From an uncultured Chloroflexia bacterium (lineage in GTDB: Bacteria; Chloroflexota; Limnocylindria; Limnocylindrales; CSP1-4), in NCBI GenBank assembly GCA_963735455.1, contig CAVTKZ010000002.1, positions 326,009 through 390,008 on the forward strand: 64,000 bases of DNA, read 5' to 3'. How positions within the stretch are numbered: position 1 is the stretch's first letter; every line of letters starts with the position of its first letter. The translations under genes and the position numbers were made by a program. The notes beneath the pieces were generated by a model. The model was not told the DNA's origin. It ran no database searches and saw only the letters and a list, made by a program, of their open reading frames with translations. Of this stretch, positions 50,866-59,252 are shown one piece after another.

Positions 50866-51162
50866 GCGCCTCGACCTGGGGCTGTGGAGCGGTCTGTCGT
50901 TGGCATAAGTGGGGTGATTACCGAGGCGGGTTGGTCCGCCATCGAGAGCCTGTCGGCGCATTCCCGGCCGGATCATTCGGCGATTCCGTGCGTGCCGTCA
51001 GCCCCGCAGCGCCGAATCCGGCGCGCTATTGGCCAGGACTGGGGTCGGAGCCGGCCCTTGAGGCACCTGTAGTTGTATGGCTTATCCGACCGACGCCGAT
51101 AAGCGCGGCGGATGGCCGACCCGGTCACGAAGGCTTCACAAACCACGAGTAGAATCGCGTGC

Positions 51163-51834
51163 ATGTGGTTCACCGACTCGAACAAGCAATCCCTTCCTGA
51201 TCCAGACAAGGCCCTGCCCGGCCGCGCCGAGGCCGTCGAGGTCCCCGAGCGGCACTTCGTCAACGGCGCCAAGCTGACGCCGCCCTATCCCGCCGGCAGC
51301 GAGGTCGCGACCTTCGCGATGGGCTGCTTCTGGGGCGACGAGAAGCTCTTCTGGGAGACACCCGGGGTGATCGTCACGGCCGTCGGCTACGCCGGTGGCT
51401 ACACCCCGAACCCAACCTATCGCGAGGTGTGCACCGGCAAGACCGGCCACGCCGAGGCCGTGCGGGTGGTCTTCGACCCCAAGGTCATCACGTACGAGCA
51501 GCTCCTGGCGATCTTCTGGGCGAACCACGATCCGACCCAGGGCATGCGCCAGGGCAACGATGCCGGTACTCAGTACCGCTCCGTGATCTTCACCTCGAAC
51601 GACGAGCAGCGCCGGATCGCCGGGGCGTCACGGGACGCGTTCGAGCCGCGCCTGGCGAAGGCCGGCTATGGCCACATCACGACGGCGATCGTGCCTCTCG
51701 GCGACTTCTACTTCGCCGAGGACTACCACCAGCAATACCTGGCCAAGGTTCCGAACGGCTATTGCCCTGACCACTCGACCGGCGTGAAGCTGCCCGACGA
51801 CTTCGTGGTCACTCCGCTGCAGTACGTGGACTGA
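51163..51834 (+). CDS. msrA: Peptide-methionine (S)-S-oxide reductase
   Basis: [58 protein letters not shown] and [15 protein letters not shown] at 51150-55 lies 7 nt before the ATG. Confidence 0.9.
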   Translation: MWFTDSNKQSLPDPDKALPGRAEAVEVPERHFVNGAKLTPPYPAGSEVATFAMGCFWGDEKLFWETPGVIVTAVGYAGGYTPNPTYREVCTGKTGHAEAVRVVFDPKVITYEQLLAIFWANHDPTQGMRQGNDAGTQYRSVIFTSNDEQRRIAGASRDAFEPRLAKAGYGHITTAIVPLGDFYFAEDYHQQYLAKVPNGYCPDHSTGVKLPDDFVVTPLQYVD

Positions 51835-51981
51835 GGCGCGCCTACTTGGTGGCGTAGCCGAGGTACGTCACCCCCGACGCGAACGTCCGGGTCTCGGCGA
51901 GGCGAGGGCGGATTGGCGCGTCGAGGCGCGGGAGGGACGCCGTCCCACGCCGGCCTGGCCTGGGCCCGCTACGCTGGACCC

Positions 51982-52548
51982 GTGCGATCAATCGAGTACT
52001 ACGTCATCCTCACCGCCGACGGCATGTACGCCGACCCGGTCGGCGGCCTCGACCACTATGACCCCGCCGAGGATGAGCACCGGTACGCCAACGAGCTGCT
52101 GAAGACCGTCGGTGCCGAAGTGATCGGCCGGAAGATGTACGACGAGATGTCCTATTGGGACGGGCTCGACATCGATGATCCCGCCACACCCGAGGTTGGT
52201 GCCGAGTTCGCCCGGTACTGGCGCGAGACGCCGAAGCTCGTCGTGTCACGCGGCCACCCCGAGCTGGGTCCAAACGCGACGAAGCTCGAGGGCGATGTCG
52301 TCGAGGCGGTCCGCGCAATCAAGTCCACCGATGGCCCGCCGATCTCGGTCGGCGCCGGCGCGGACCTGTTCGCCACACTGGCTGAGGCCGGCCTGATCGA
52401 CCGGTATCGCTGGCTCGTCATCCCCAAGGCGATCGGCCAGGGCAAGAGTCTATTCTCGTCGCTCACACGACCGCTGGACCTGCGCCTGGTGGGCACGCGC
52501 ACGTTCAACTCGGGCGCGGTCCTGCTCGAGTACGAGCCGGCAGGCTGA
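51982..52548 (+). CDS. Dihydrofolate-reductase-like (RibD C-terminal domain) family protein
   Basis: VRSIEYYVILTADGMYADP...VIGRKMYDEM...ISVGAGADLFATLAEAGLIDRYRWLVIPKAIGQGKSLF. TACGCT lies 6 nt before GTG 51982. Confidence 0.7.
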   Translation: MRSIEYYVILTADGMYADPVGGLDHYDPAEDEHRYANELLKTVGAEVIGRKMYDEMSYWDGLDIDDPATPEVGAEFARYWRETPKLVVSRGHPELGPNATKLEGDVVEAVRAIKSTDGPPISVGAGADLFATLAEAGLIDRYRWLVIPKAIGQGKSLFSSLTRPLDLRLVGTRTFNSGAVLLEYEPAG

Positions 52549-52586
52549 CGACAATTCCCCACGGGGCCGGCCACCCATCGATCGGG

Positions 52587-53507
52587 TCAGCCCTGGCCGG
52601 CGAGCCAGGCCATGTCGCGCTCGACGTCCTCGTCGTCACCCAGGTGACCGGCGTCGTCCTTGACCCGGGTCATGGGGTGTGGGATGTGGGCGGCCAGCCA
52701 ATCCCCGTGGGCTGCCGGGACGAGGGTGTCGTGGCGGCCATAGCTGAGCAGGACCGGCACCCGGATGTCGGCCACGTCGAAGCCCCAGGGCTTCGTGAAG
52801 GCGATGTCGTCGTCCACCCAGCCATCGACGCCGTGGGCCAGGCCGGCCCGCAGGTTGATCGCAATCCGGCCGGCATGCTTGAACATCTGGGCGCGATCCG
52901 CCTCGGGCATCTCGTAGCTGTCGCCGAGGAAATTGGCGTCCCCAGCGTCGAAGCGCGCGAGCATCGTCGCCGACTCTGTCTCGACGAGCGGGCGGATGTC
53001 CTGCTCGCCGCGCAGGGCGGCCTCAAACTCGTCGATATTGCCCTGGGTCAGGCCGGCCAGGAAGTCGAGCCCCTCGGCTTCGAACGGCGCAACGGACACC
53101 TCGGCAAGGCAGCGCAGGACGCGATCCGGCAACAGCGCGGCGCAGGCCAGGGCGTGGGGGCCGCCGCCTGATCCACCGGTTACGGCAAACGAGCCGATGC
53201 CGAGCTGGTCGGCGATGGCCACCAGGTCGGGCACGAAGTCGGCCACGATCCGGCCAGGCTGGCGGGTCGACTCGCCGTAGCCGGGACGGTCAACGGTGAT
53301 CCGGCGCAGCCCGTGGCGGGCATAGATCGTCGGGTCCTGCCAGAAGCTGATCCGGCCACCGGGTGTGCCATGCAGGGCGAACAGGGGGACGCCGTTCGGA
53401 TCACCCCATTCGGCCGCGGCCAGGGTCCGGCCGTCGTCCGTCCGAATCCGGTGCTCGATGTGCTCCGGAATCGTGGCGTCTGTCCGGGCCAATGATTCGG
53501 TGCTCAT
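52587..53507 (-). CDS. Alpha/beta-fold hydrolase
   Basis: PLFALHGTPGG is followed by a nucleophile-elbow-like region (VTGGSGGGPHA) and a C-terminal DDAGH. The start is set at ATG 53507. Confidence 0.8.
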   Translation of the reverse strand: MSTESLARTDATIPEHIEHRIRTDDGRTLAAAEWGDPNGVPLFALHGTPGGRISFWQDPTIYARHGLRRITVDRPGYGESTRQPGRIVADFVPDLVAIADQLGIGSFAVTGGSGGGPHALACAALLPDRVLRCLAEVSVAPFEAEGLDFLAGLTQGNIDEFEAALRGEQDIRPLVETESATMLARFDAGDANFLGDSYEMPEADRAQMFKHAGRIAINLRAGLAHGVDGWVDDDIAFTKPWGFDVADIRVPVLLSYGRHDTLVPAAHGDWLAAHIPHPMTRVKDDAGHLGDDEDVERDMAWLAGQG

Positions 53508-53541
53508 GCTCGGGCCCCGGTCCCGAGCCGCGAGTGATCGA

Positions 53542-53973
53542 TCACGATGACGCTCCTTCGACTGAGGCCAGGCTGGCCGCTGCCCAGCGGGCGAGTTCGA
53601 TATCGGCATCTTCGGGGAGGCCGCTGATCCCGATGGCGCCGATCACCTCGCCGCCGGCGATGATCGGGACCCCGCCACCCCAGCCGACGTAGCGCAGGTC
53701 GCCGAAATTGGTGAGCGGGAAGCCCTCGCTCCGTGAGCGCTCGCCCAGGCCGCCCGATTCGGCCCGTTCACGAGCTGCGGTGAAGGCCTTGTTGATCGCG
53801 ATATTGATCGACGCCAGGCCACAGCCGTCCGTCCGCAGGAAGGCGACGAGCTCGCCGTGGGGGTCGACGACCGCCACCGCGGCGCGCCCTGCCTGGGCGT
53901 CGAGGCGGTCCCCGATCAGCGCGATCAGGCCGCGAGCTTCCCGGCTGCCGATCTCCCTGCGCTGGGACATCAC
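53542..53973 (-). CDS. GlcG/HbpS-like (DUF336) haem-degrading-domain protein
   Basis: AAVAVVDPHGELVAFLRTDG...SINIAINKAFTAA...GGVPIIAGGEVIGAIGISG. The start overlaps the upstream stop (GTGATG). Confidence 0.75.
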   Translation of the reverse strand: MMSQRREIGSREARGLIALIGDRLDAQAGRAAVAVVDPHGELVAFLRTDGCGLASINIAINKAFTAARERAESGGLGERSRSEGFPLTNFGDLRYVGWGGGVPIIAGGEVIGAIGISGLPEDADIELARWAAASLASVEGASS

Positions 53974-55166
53974 CCGTGCTCCTCGAGGCCGAGGCTGGCA
54001 TCGGTCCAGGCGCCGTTGGCCCGGCTCGAGGCCACGGCTGCCTCGACGAACTTCACGCCGATGGCGCCGTCCCGCTCATTCGGGAACTGGAGCGCCAGCG
54101 GATCGGGCGATTGGCCGGAACGCCGCGCGGCGATCGCCTCGGCCGCATCGGAGTAGATGTTGGCGAAGGCCTCATGAAAGCCTTCGGGGTGCCCGGCGAC
54201 GATCCGGCAAGCCCGGCTTGCAGCCGGCAGCGACCCCGGTCCGTTGGGCGTGTAGACCCGGGCAGGTCCATCGAGCGGCTTGAATGCCAGGCGTGTCGGT
54301 CGTTCCTGCTCCCACTCCAGGCTGCCTTTGGTGCCCGACACGCGCAGGCGGAGGCAGTTCTCCACCCCGGCTGCGGTCTGGGTGACCCAGAACGTGCCCC
54401 GGGCGCCACTGTCGAAGCGGAGCATCGCCCCGCCGTAGTCGTCGACCAGCCGGCGCGGCACGACGTGGCCCAGCTGTGCAGCGACTTCGGCCACCTCGAG
54501 ACGGCTCACGAAGCGAGCCAGGTTGTGGGCATGGGTGCCGATATCGCCCATGACCAGCGATGGTCCGCCGCGCACGGGGTCGTAGCGCCAGGGCAGCCCA
54601 CCCGCGGGATCCGGGTCGGACTCGTCGGCCTTGCCGCCCTGGACGTACTCGACCTGGACCAGCCGGATCTCGCCGACCTGGCCATCCTCGACCAGGGCGC
54701 GCGCCTGGCGGACCATCGGGTAGCCGGTGTAGTTGTGCATCAGGCAGAAGACCAGTCCGCTGGCCCGAACCTTGGCCACGATGTCGAGGGCCTCGTCGAG
54801 GGTGTTCGTCATCGGCTTGTCGCAGATCACATCGAAGCCGCGATCGAGGGCCGCAAGCGTGTAGCGATGGTGGCTGTCGTTGGGCGTGATCACGGCGACG
54901 ACTTCGGCACCGTCCGGGCGCTGGCGCTCGGCCTCGAGCATCGCCATCGCATCGGGATAGGCGCGCGAGGGATCGATTCCCATGCCCGCGGCGGCTCGGC
55001 GGGATCGCTCCGGGTCGGACGAGACCACCCCCGCCACGAGGTCGTAGCGGCCGTCGAGCCGGGCAGCCGTTCGATGCATCGCGCCGATGAAGCTGCCCGG
55101 CCCGCCGCCGATCACGGCCAGGCGCAGCGGACGCCCGAGCATCTCGATGACCGGATCAGGATCCAC
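53970..55166 (-). CDS. Gfo/Idh/MocA-family NAD(P)-dependent oxidoreductase
   Basis: LRLAVIGGGPGSFIGAMH, VVAVITPNDSHHRYTLAALDRGFDVICDKP. The start is set at GTG 55166, 6 nt after AAGGAG. The upstream 140 codons of the listed ORF are not protein-like. Confidence 0.85.
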   Translation of the reverse strand: MDPDPVIEMLGRPLRLAVIGGGPGSFIGAMHRTAARLDGRYDLVAGVVSSDPERSRRAAAGMGIDPSRAYPDAMAMLEAERQRPDGAEVVAVITPNDSHHRYTLAALDRGFDVICDKPMTNTLDEALDIVAKVRASGLVFCLMHNYTGYPMVRQARALVEDGQVGEIRLVQVEYVQGGKADESDPDPAGGLPWRYDPVRGGPSLVMGDIGTHAHNLARFVSRLEVAEVAAQLGHVVPRRLVDDYGGAMLRFDSGARGTFWVTQTAAGVENCLRLRVSGTKGSLEWEQERPTRLAFKPLDGPARVYTPNGPGSLPAASRACRIVAGHPEGFHEAFANIYSDAAEAIAARRSGQSPDPLALQFPNERDGAIGVKFVEAAVASSRANGAWTDASLGLEEHG

Positions 55167-55353
55167 GCTGAACTCCTTCAGGACGGTGCGCGCCAGCTCG
55201 ACTTCGGCCTGACAAAAATAACCGCGCGCAAGCTGACCTGCGCGGGAGCTGGCGGGGCGGGTCCGCGCTCCGAATCTGCGGTTAGACTGGGAGCCACCCG
55301 AGGTCGGCGCCCAAGCCCGGGGCCACGATTCGGGCCGTGATCGGAGGCGTTCG

Positions 55354-56025
55354 TTGGATACCCGGATGGATACCCGGAAGCTGCTCGCCGAGCTCGTGGG
55401 AACCTTCGTCTTCTTCCTGATCGGGCTGATGTCGATCCTCTCCACGAAGTCGATGGCCAACGGCCCGGACTTGCTCGTGATCGCCTTCGGGTTCGGCCTC
55501 GGCCTGTTCGCGGCGATCCAGATCGCGGGAGCCGTGTCAGGCGGCCATTTCAATCCGGCCGTGACCCTTGCCGCGGTGCTCGACAAGCGCCTCGATCCGA
55601 TGACCGGCGTCGGCTATGTCGTGGCCCAGCTGATCGGCGGCATCGCGGCGGCGGCCTTCGTCCTGGTGATGTCCAACCAGGCTGCCGTGGCGGGTACGAT
55701 CACCGGCCACCCGGCAGCGATCAGCGACATCCAGGCGGTCGTGATCGAGGCCGTCTTCACGGCCATCTTCATCGCCGTGATCCTGACCGTGACCAAGCTC
55801 GATCCGGGCAAGGCCGGGTTCGCGATCCCGTTGACCCTCGTGGTGATCCACCTGGCCCTGGTCCCGATCACCGGCTCGTCGGTCAATCCGGCACGCTCCC
55901 TCGCCTCGGCCCTGGTCGGCGGCGACCTGACCTCGATCTGGGTCTACATCGTCGGCCCGCTGGTCGGCGCCGCCGGCGGTTGGGCGGTCTATCGCGCCCT
56001 TTTCGACAAGCGCTCCGGGGGGTGA
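55354..56025 (+). CDS. Aquaporin / MIP-family channel
   Basis: Two NPA boxes (SGGHFNPAVT and GSSVNPARS) and six TM segments. The start is TTG 55354 or ATG 55366, because of a 12-bp duplication (MDTR-MDTR). Confidence 0.9.
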   Translation: MDTRMDTRKLLAELVGTFVFFLIGLMSILSTKSMANGPDLLVIAFGFGLGLFAAIQIAGAVSGGHFNPAVTLAAVLDKRLDPMTGVGYVVAQLIGGIAAAAFVLVMSNQAAVAGTITGHPAAISDIQAVVIEAVFTAIFIAVILTVTKLDPGKAGFAIPLTLVVIHLALVPITGSSVNPARSLASALVGGDLTSIWVYIVGPLVGAAGGWAVYRALFDKRSGG

Positions 56026-56034
56026 CCCCGTCGC

Positions 56035-56412
56035 GTGGATGACGCCGTCCGGGCTGCGCTCGACCACTCCCAGGCGATCGATATCACGACGACCGGGGCG
56101 AAGACCGGCCTGCCCCGGCGGCTGGAGATCGTCCTCCACAACTTCGGGCGGCATCTCTACATCAGTGGCATCCCGAACCCGGCCCGCAAGCGCGGCTGGC
56201 TGGCCAATCTCGAGGCCAACCCGGCCCTGACCGTCCATCTCAAGCGGTTCGTCCAGGCGGACCTGCCGGCCACCGGCCGGGTGATCCGCGACCCGGTCGA
56301 GCGCAAGGCCGTCCTCGAGCAGGTCGCCGGAGTCTGGAACCGGCGCGACCTGGGGGTCATGCTCGAATACAGCCCCCTTGTCGAGATCTCGATCGAGGGC
56401 TATCCGGCCTGA
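56035..56412 (+). CDS. Deazaflavin (F420)-dependent nitroreductase-family protein
   Basis: ITTTGAKTGLPRRLEIVLHNFGRHLYISG...RGWLANLEANPALTVHL...VIRDPVERKAVLEQV matches the DDN/PPOX-like split-barrel family pattern. Confidence 0.7.
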   Translation: MDDAVRAALDHSQAIDITTTGAKTGLPRRLEIVLHNFGRHLYISGIPNPARKRGWLANLEANPALTVHLKRFVQADLPATGRVIRDPVERKAVLEQVAGVWNRRDLGVMLEYSPLVEISIEGYPA

Positions 56413-56421
56413 GCCAGGGTC

Positions 56422-56820
56422 CTACTGGCCGCGCCCGCGGACGAGCGTCGCGAAGAGGCGCTCCAGGGTGGCCGCCGGGTCATCGGTCAGGCCGGTGTGG
56501 ACGGCCGACGGCTGGACCATCGTGCTGCTCGGTGAGACGAGCCAGTGGAAGCGTTCCGGCCGGCTGAGGCGGGCGATCGGGCCCGCCGCCGGGTCACCCG
56601 AACAGATCCGTGGGATCGCGTCGAGCTGGGCCTGGACGATCCCCGGATCGCAGTCCGGGGCAAGCGCCCGGAGGAGATCGACATCGAGCTCGACCCGGGC
56701 AGCCAGGAAACGTCGCGGCCGCGAATGGAGCACGATCCCGGCATTCAGTGACTCGCCCCGATCCTCGCGCGGAACGACGCGCAGGATCGCGTACTCGAAC
56801 GGGCTACGGCCGGCGGGCAT
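56422..56820 (-). CDS. DUF3037-like protein
   Basis: The start is set at ATG 56820: MPAGRSPFEYAILRVVPREDRGESLNAGIVLHSRPRRFLAARVELD...RFHWLVSPSST. It overlaps the HipA-like gene's 3' end by 17 nt. Confidence 0.6.
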   Translation of the reverse strand: MPAGRSPFEYAILRVVPREDRGESLNAGIVLHSRPRRFLAARVELDVDLLRALAPDCDPGIVQAQLDAIPRICSGDPAAGPIARLSRPERFHWLVSPSSTMVQPSAVHTGLTDDPAATLERLFATLVRGRGQ

Positions 56821-57625
56821 GGTCGGCCTCCTCGACGAACGGCCGCGGCGACTCGAGCCGGGTGAGCAGGTAGTCGACATAGGCCTGGCGGTGCTCGCCG
56901 GGGTTGGCCAGGCTGCCCGCCCCGTCGCGCAGCCAGGCATCGGGCACGGCGCTCGTGATCCGCTCCAGCAGCTCCCGGGTCACGAGCGGCGCCAGGCGTT
57001 CATCGGCCGCCGCGATCGACGAGGCGAAGGGCAGCAGGACATGGTCGGAGATCCGGGGGAACGAGCGCCGGGCATGCCGGGCCGGATCCCGCCAGGTGAA
57101 GTGGATGTAGAGAGCCGCGCCATGGTCGATCAGCCACAGCCGCCGGCCCCACATCAGGAGGTTCACGTTGCGCGCGGTGCGGTCGACGTTGGTGATCAGG
57201 CCGTCGAACCAGACGATGCTCGCGGCCAGGTCCGGATCGACCTCGGTCGTCGGCCGGTAAGCGAGCGCGCCGGGCAGGAAGTCGAGGCCCAGGTTCAGGC
57301 CTGGACTGCGGGCCAGCAGCTCCTGGATCTCCGAATCCGGCTCTGCCGGCGCGAGCGCCGGGTCGAGCTCGACCAGCACGATCTCGGGCACGAGCAGGCC
57401 CAGGGCCCGGCCGAGCTCGCCGGCGATCAGTTCGGCGACGAGGACCCGGGGGCCCTGGCCGGCACCATGGAACTTCAGGACGTACAGGCCATCGTCGTCG
57501 GCTTCAACCAGGCCGGGCAGCGAGCCACCCTCGCGCAGGGCCGTCACGTAACGGGTTGCGCTGACGGTCCGCAGGGGCACGGAGGTCGGGGCCCCGGTTT
57601 CCAGGGTGGTCGGCAAGGCAGCCAT
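56804..57625 (-). CDS. HipA-like (HipA_2) serine/threonine-kinase-fold protein
   Basis: GSLPGLVEADDDGLYVLKFHGAGQGPRVLVAELIAGELGRALGL, FDGLITNVDRTARNVNLL and LWLIDHGAAL (catalytic-loop-like). TACGCT lies 7 nt before the ATG. Confidence 0.65.
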   Translation of the reverse strand: MAALPTTLETGAPTSVPLRTVSATRYVTALREGGSLPGLVEADDDGLYVLKFHGAGQGPRVLVAELIAGELGRALGLLVPEIVLVELDPALAPAEPDSEIQELLARSPGLNLGLDFLPGALAYRPTTEVDPDLAASIVWFDGLITNVDRTARNVNLLMWGRRLWLIDHGAALYIHFTWRDPARHARRSFPRISDHVLLPFASSIAAADERLAPLVTRELLERITSAVPDAWLRDGAGSLANPGEHRQAYVDYLLTRLESPRPFVEEADHARRP

Positions 57626-57657
57626 CGCGAGGAGCGTAGCCGAGTAGAGTCTCGCTC

Positions 57658-58254
57658 ATGCAGCTCGGGCGATCGGCACTGGCGAGCCTCGTCCTGCTCG
57701 CATTGCTGGGCCTCAGCCTTGGCGCCTGCACCGTCACGCCGAGCGCCTCGGCCAGTCCGCTCGCTTCAGGCGGGTCCCCCGAACCCAGTGACAGCCTGGC
57801 CGATCCGGTGATCGACAGCGCCGGCCTGCCCTCGCTGACGGCCGTCCAGGTGTGCGCCCTGCTGAGCGAGGCCGAGGCGTCGGCCGCCCTGGGCTCCCCG
57901 CTCAGCGACCGGCCGCAGGGCGAGGCGCAACCGGATGACCACGCCCAGTGCACCTACCAGGATGCCGATCCGGCCGTGGCCGGGACGTACATCCTGATCG
58001 GCTTCAACCTGCGCGGGTTTGCCGGCGAGGCGACCCTGGTCAACCTCCACCGCGGGGCGCATACCCTGCGCGTCGGTGGCTTCGAATCGATCGGCGCCGA
58101 CGCGGAGACCGACCCGGCCGTCGAGAACGCTGCGCTGAGCGTCAAGCTCGGGCCGTCGGGCAGCGAACCGGCGCTGTGGATCGAGGCGCCAACCCTGGCC
58201 ATCGCCAAGCAGGTTGCCCTGCTCGTCCTGCCCCGCCTGGCTGTCGAGCCCTAG
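57658..58254 (+). CDS. Putative lipoprotein
   Basis: The signal peptide has a lipobox: MQLGRSALASLVLLALLGLSLGAC|T. TAGAGT lies 7 nt before the ATG. Confidence 0.7.
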   Translation: MQLGRSALASLVLLALLGLSLGACTVTPSASASPLASGGSPEPSDSLADPVIDSAGLPSLTAVQVCALLSEAEASAALGSPLSDRPQGEAQPDDHAQCTYQDADPAVAGTYILIGFNLRGFAGEATLVNLHRGAHTLRVGGFESIGADAETDPAVENAALSVKLGPSGSEPALWIEAPTLAIAKQVALLVLPRLAVEP

Positions 58255-58273
58255 GCCTGGCGTCGGGCGGCGG

Positions 58274-59125
58274 TCAGGGCCGCGAGCTGCCGCCGCTGCC
58301 GGTCTCGCGCAGGAAGCGCTCGATCTCCGAGATCAGCTCGTCACCGGCCGGCAGGCGCTCCTCGTCGACCATCGCCTCGAGCCGCTCGACATAGGCCCGG
58401 GTCGTCTCGTCGCCCTTGGCCAGGGCATCGAGGTGGGTGCCCAGCTGGCGCGCCTCGTCCTCGAGCGCGCCGGCCGGGATCGTCACCCCAACGTGGCGCT
58501 CGAGCGAGCGCAGGAGCGCCAGGGCGGCCACCGGGTAGGGCCCCGAGACGTAGTGGGGGACCTGGGCGAAGTAGCCCACGGCGGCCGTGCCCGAGCGGGC
58601 CATCATCATCTCCAGGACCGAGATCGCCGCCGCGGGCACCCGCAGGAGGCCCTCCGGACCGGGCTGGATGTTCCCGCGCAGGAGGCCGGCCTCCGACTCG
58701 GTGCCGATGATCGGCACCGCCCGGGTATGGGGCACCGCGGCCGGGATCGCCCCCAGGCTGATCCACTGGGCGACGCCCAGGCGGCTGGCGATGTCGAGGA
58801 CCGCGTCGCAGAACTCGCGCCACCGGAAATCGGGCTCGACGCCGGTCAGCACGAGCAGGTCGCGATCACCGATTCGGCGGTGGCGAATCGTCAGCTCGCG
58901 CCAGGCCAGCGACGACATCCGGCCATCGCGGATCTCGAGGATCGGGCGCCGGGCACGGTAGTCGAACAGGACGTCGCCCTCGAAGCTGGCGACCAGGTCG
59001 CCGCCCTCGGCCACCTGGGCCGCGGCGGTCGTCGCGGCCGTGCCCGCGTCGACCCAGCCGTCGAAGGCGGCGATCATCGTCGGCGCGACGAGATCCTTCG
59101 GTTCGGTCAGTCGATAGAGCGCCAC
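58274..59125 (-). CDS. PAC2 (proteasome assembly chaperone 2-like) family protein
   Basis: LVAPTMIAAFDGWVDAG...LLVLTGVEPDFRWREF...WISLGAIPAAVPHTR...AAISVLE. The start is GTG 59125, with TATCCT 6 nt upstream. Confidence 0.75.
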   Translation of the reverse strand: MALYRLTEPKDLVAPTMIAAFDGWVDAGTAATTAAAQVAEGGDLVASFEGDVLFDYRARRPILEIRDGRMSSLAWRELTIRHRRIGDRDLLVLTGVEPDFRWREFCDAVLDIASRLGVAQWISLGAIPAAVPHTRAVPIIGTESEAGLLRGNIQPGPEGLLRVPAAAISVLEMMMARSGTAAVGYFAQVPHYVSGPYPVAALALLRSLERHVGVTIPAGALEDEARQLGTHLDALAKGDETTRAYVERLEAMVDEERLPAGDELISEIERFLRETGSGGSSRP

Positions 59126-59252
59126 GGACACAGGATAGGCCACCCCACCGGGCGCGCCAGGGCTCGCCCGGTCCGGACATGCCGAGGGGCCCGGTCGATC
59201 GACGCGGGCCCCTCGTCGCGCTCGAATTGGCACGCAACGGCGTGCCCGGAGA

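Noticed and set aside
50876-50900. A tmRNA-like 5' end (GGGGCTG...)
   Set aside because: No tRNA-like 3' end (TTCGA..CCACCA), no tag reading frame and too little space for a roughly 370-nt tmRNA.
55354-55377. A 12-bp tandem duplication GGATACCCGGAT/GGATACCCGGAA giving MDTR-MDTR at the aquaporin N-terminus
   Set aside because: It is real in the sequence but is most simply a small slippage duplication that affects only start-codon choice, and it shows no further structure.
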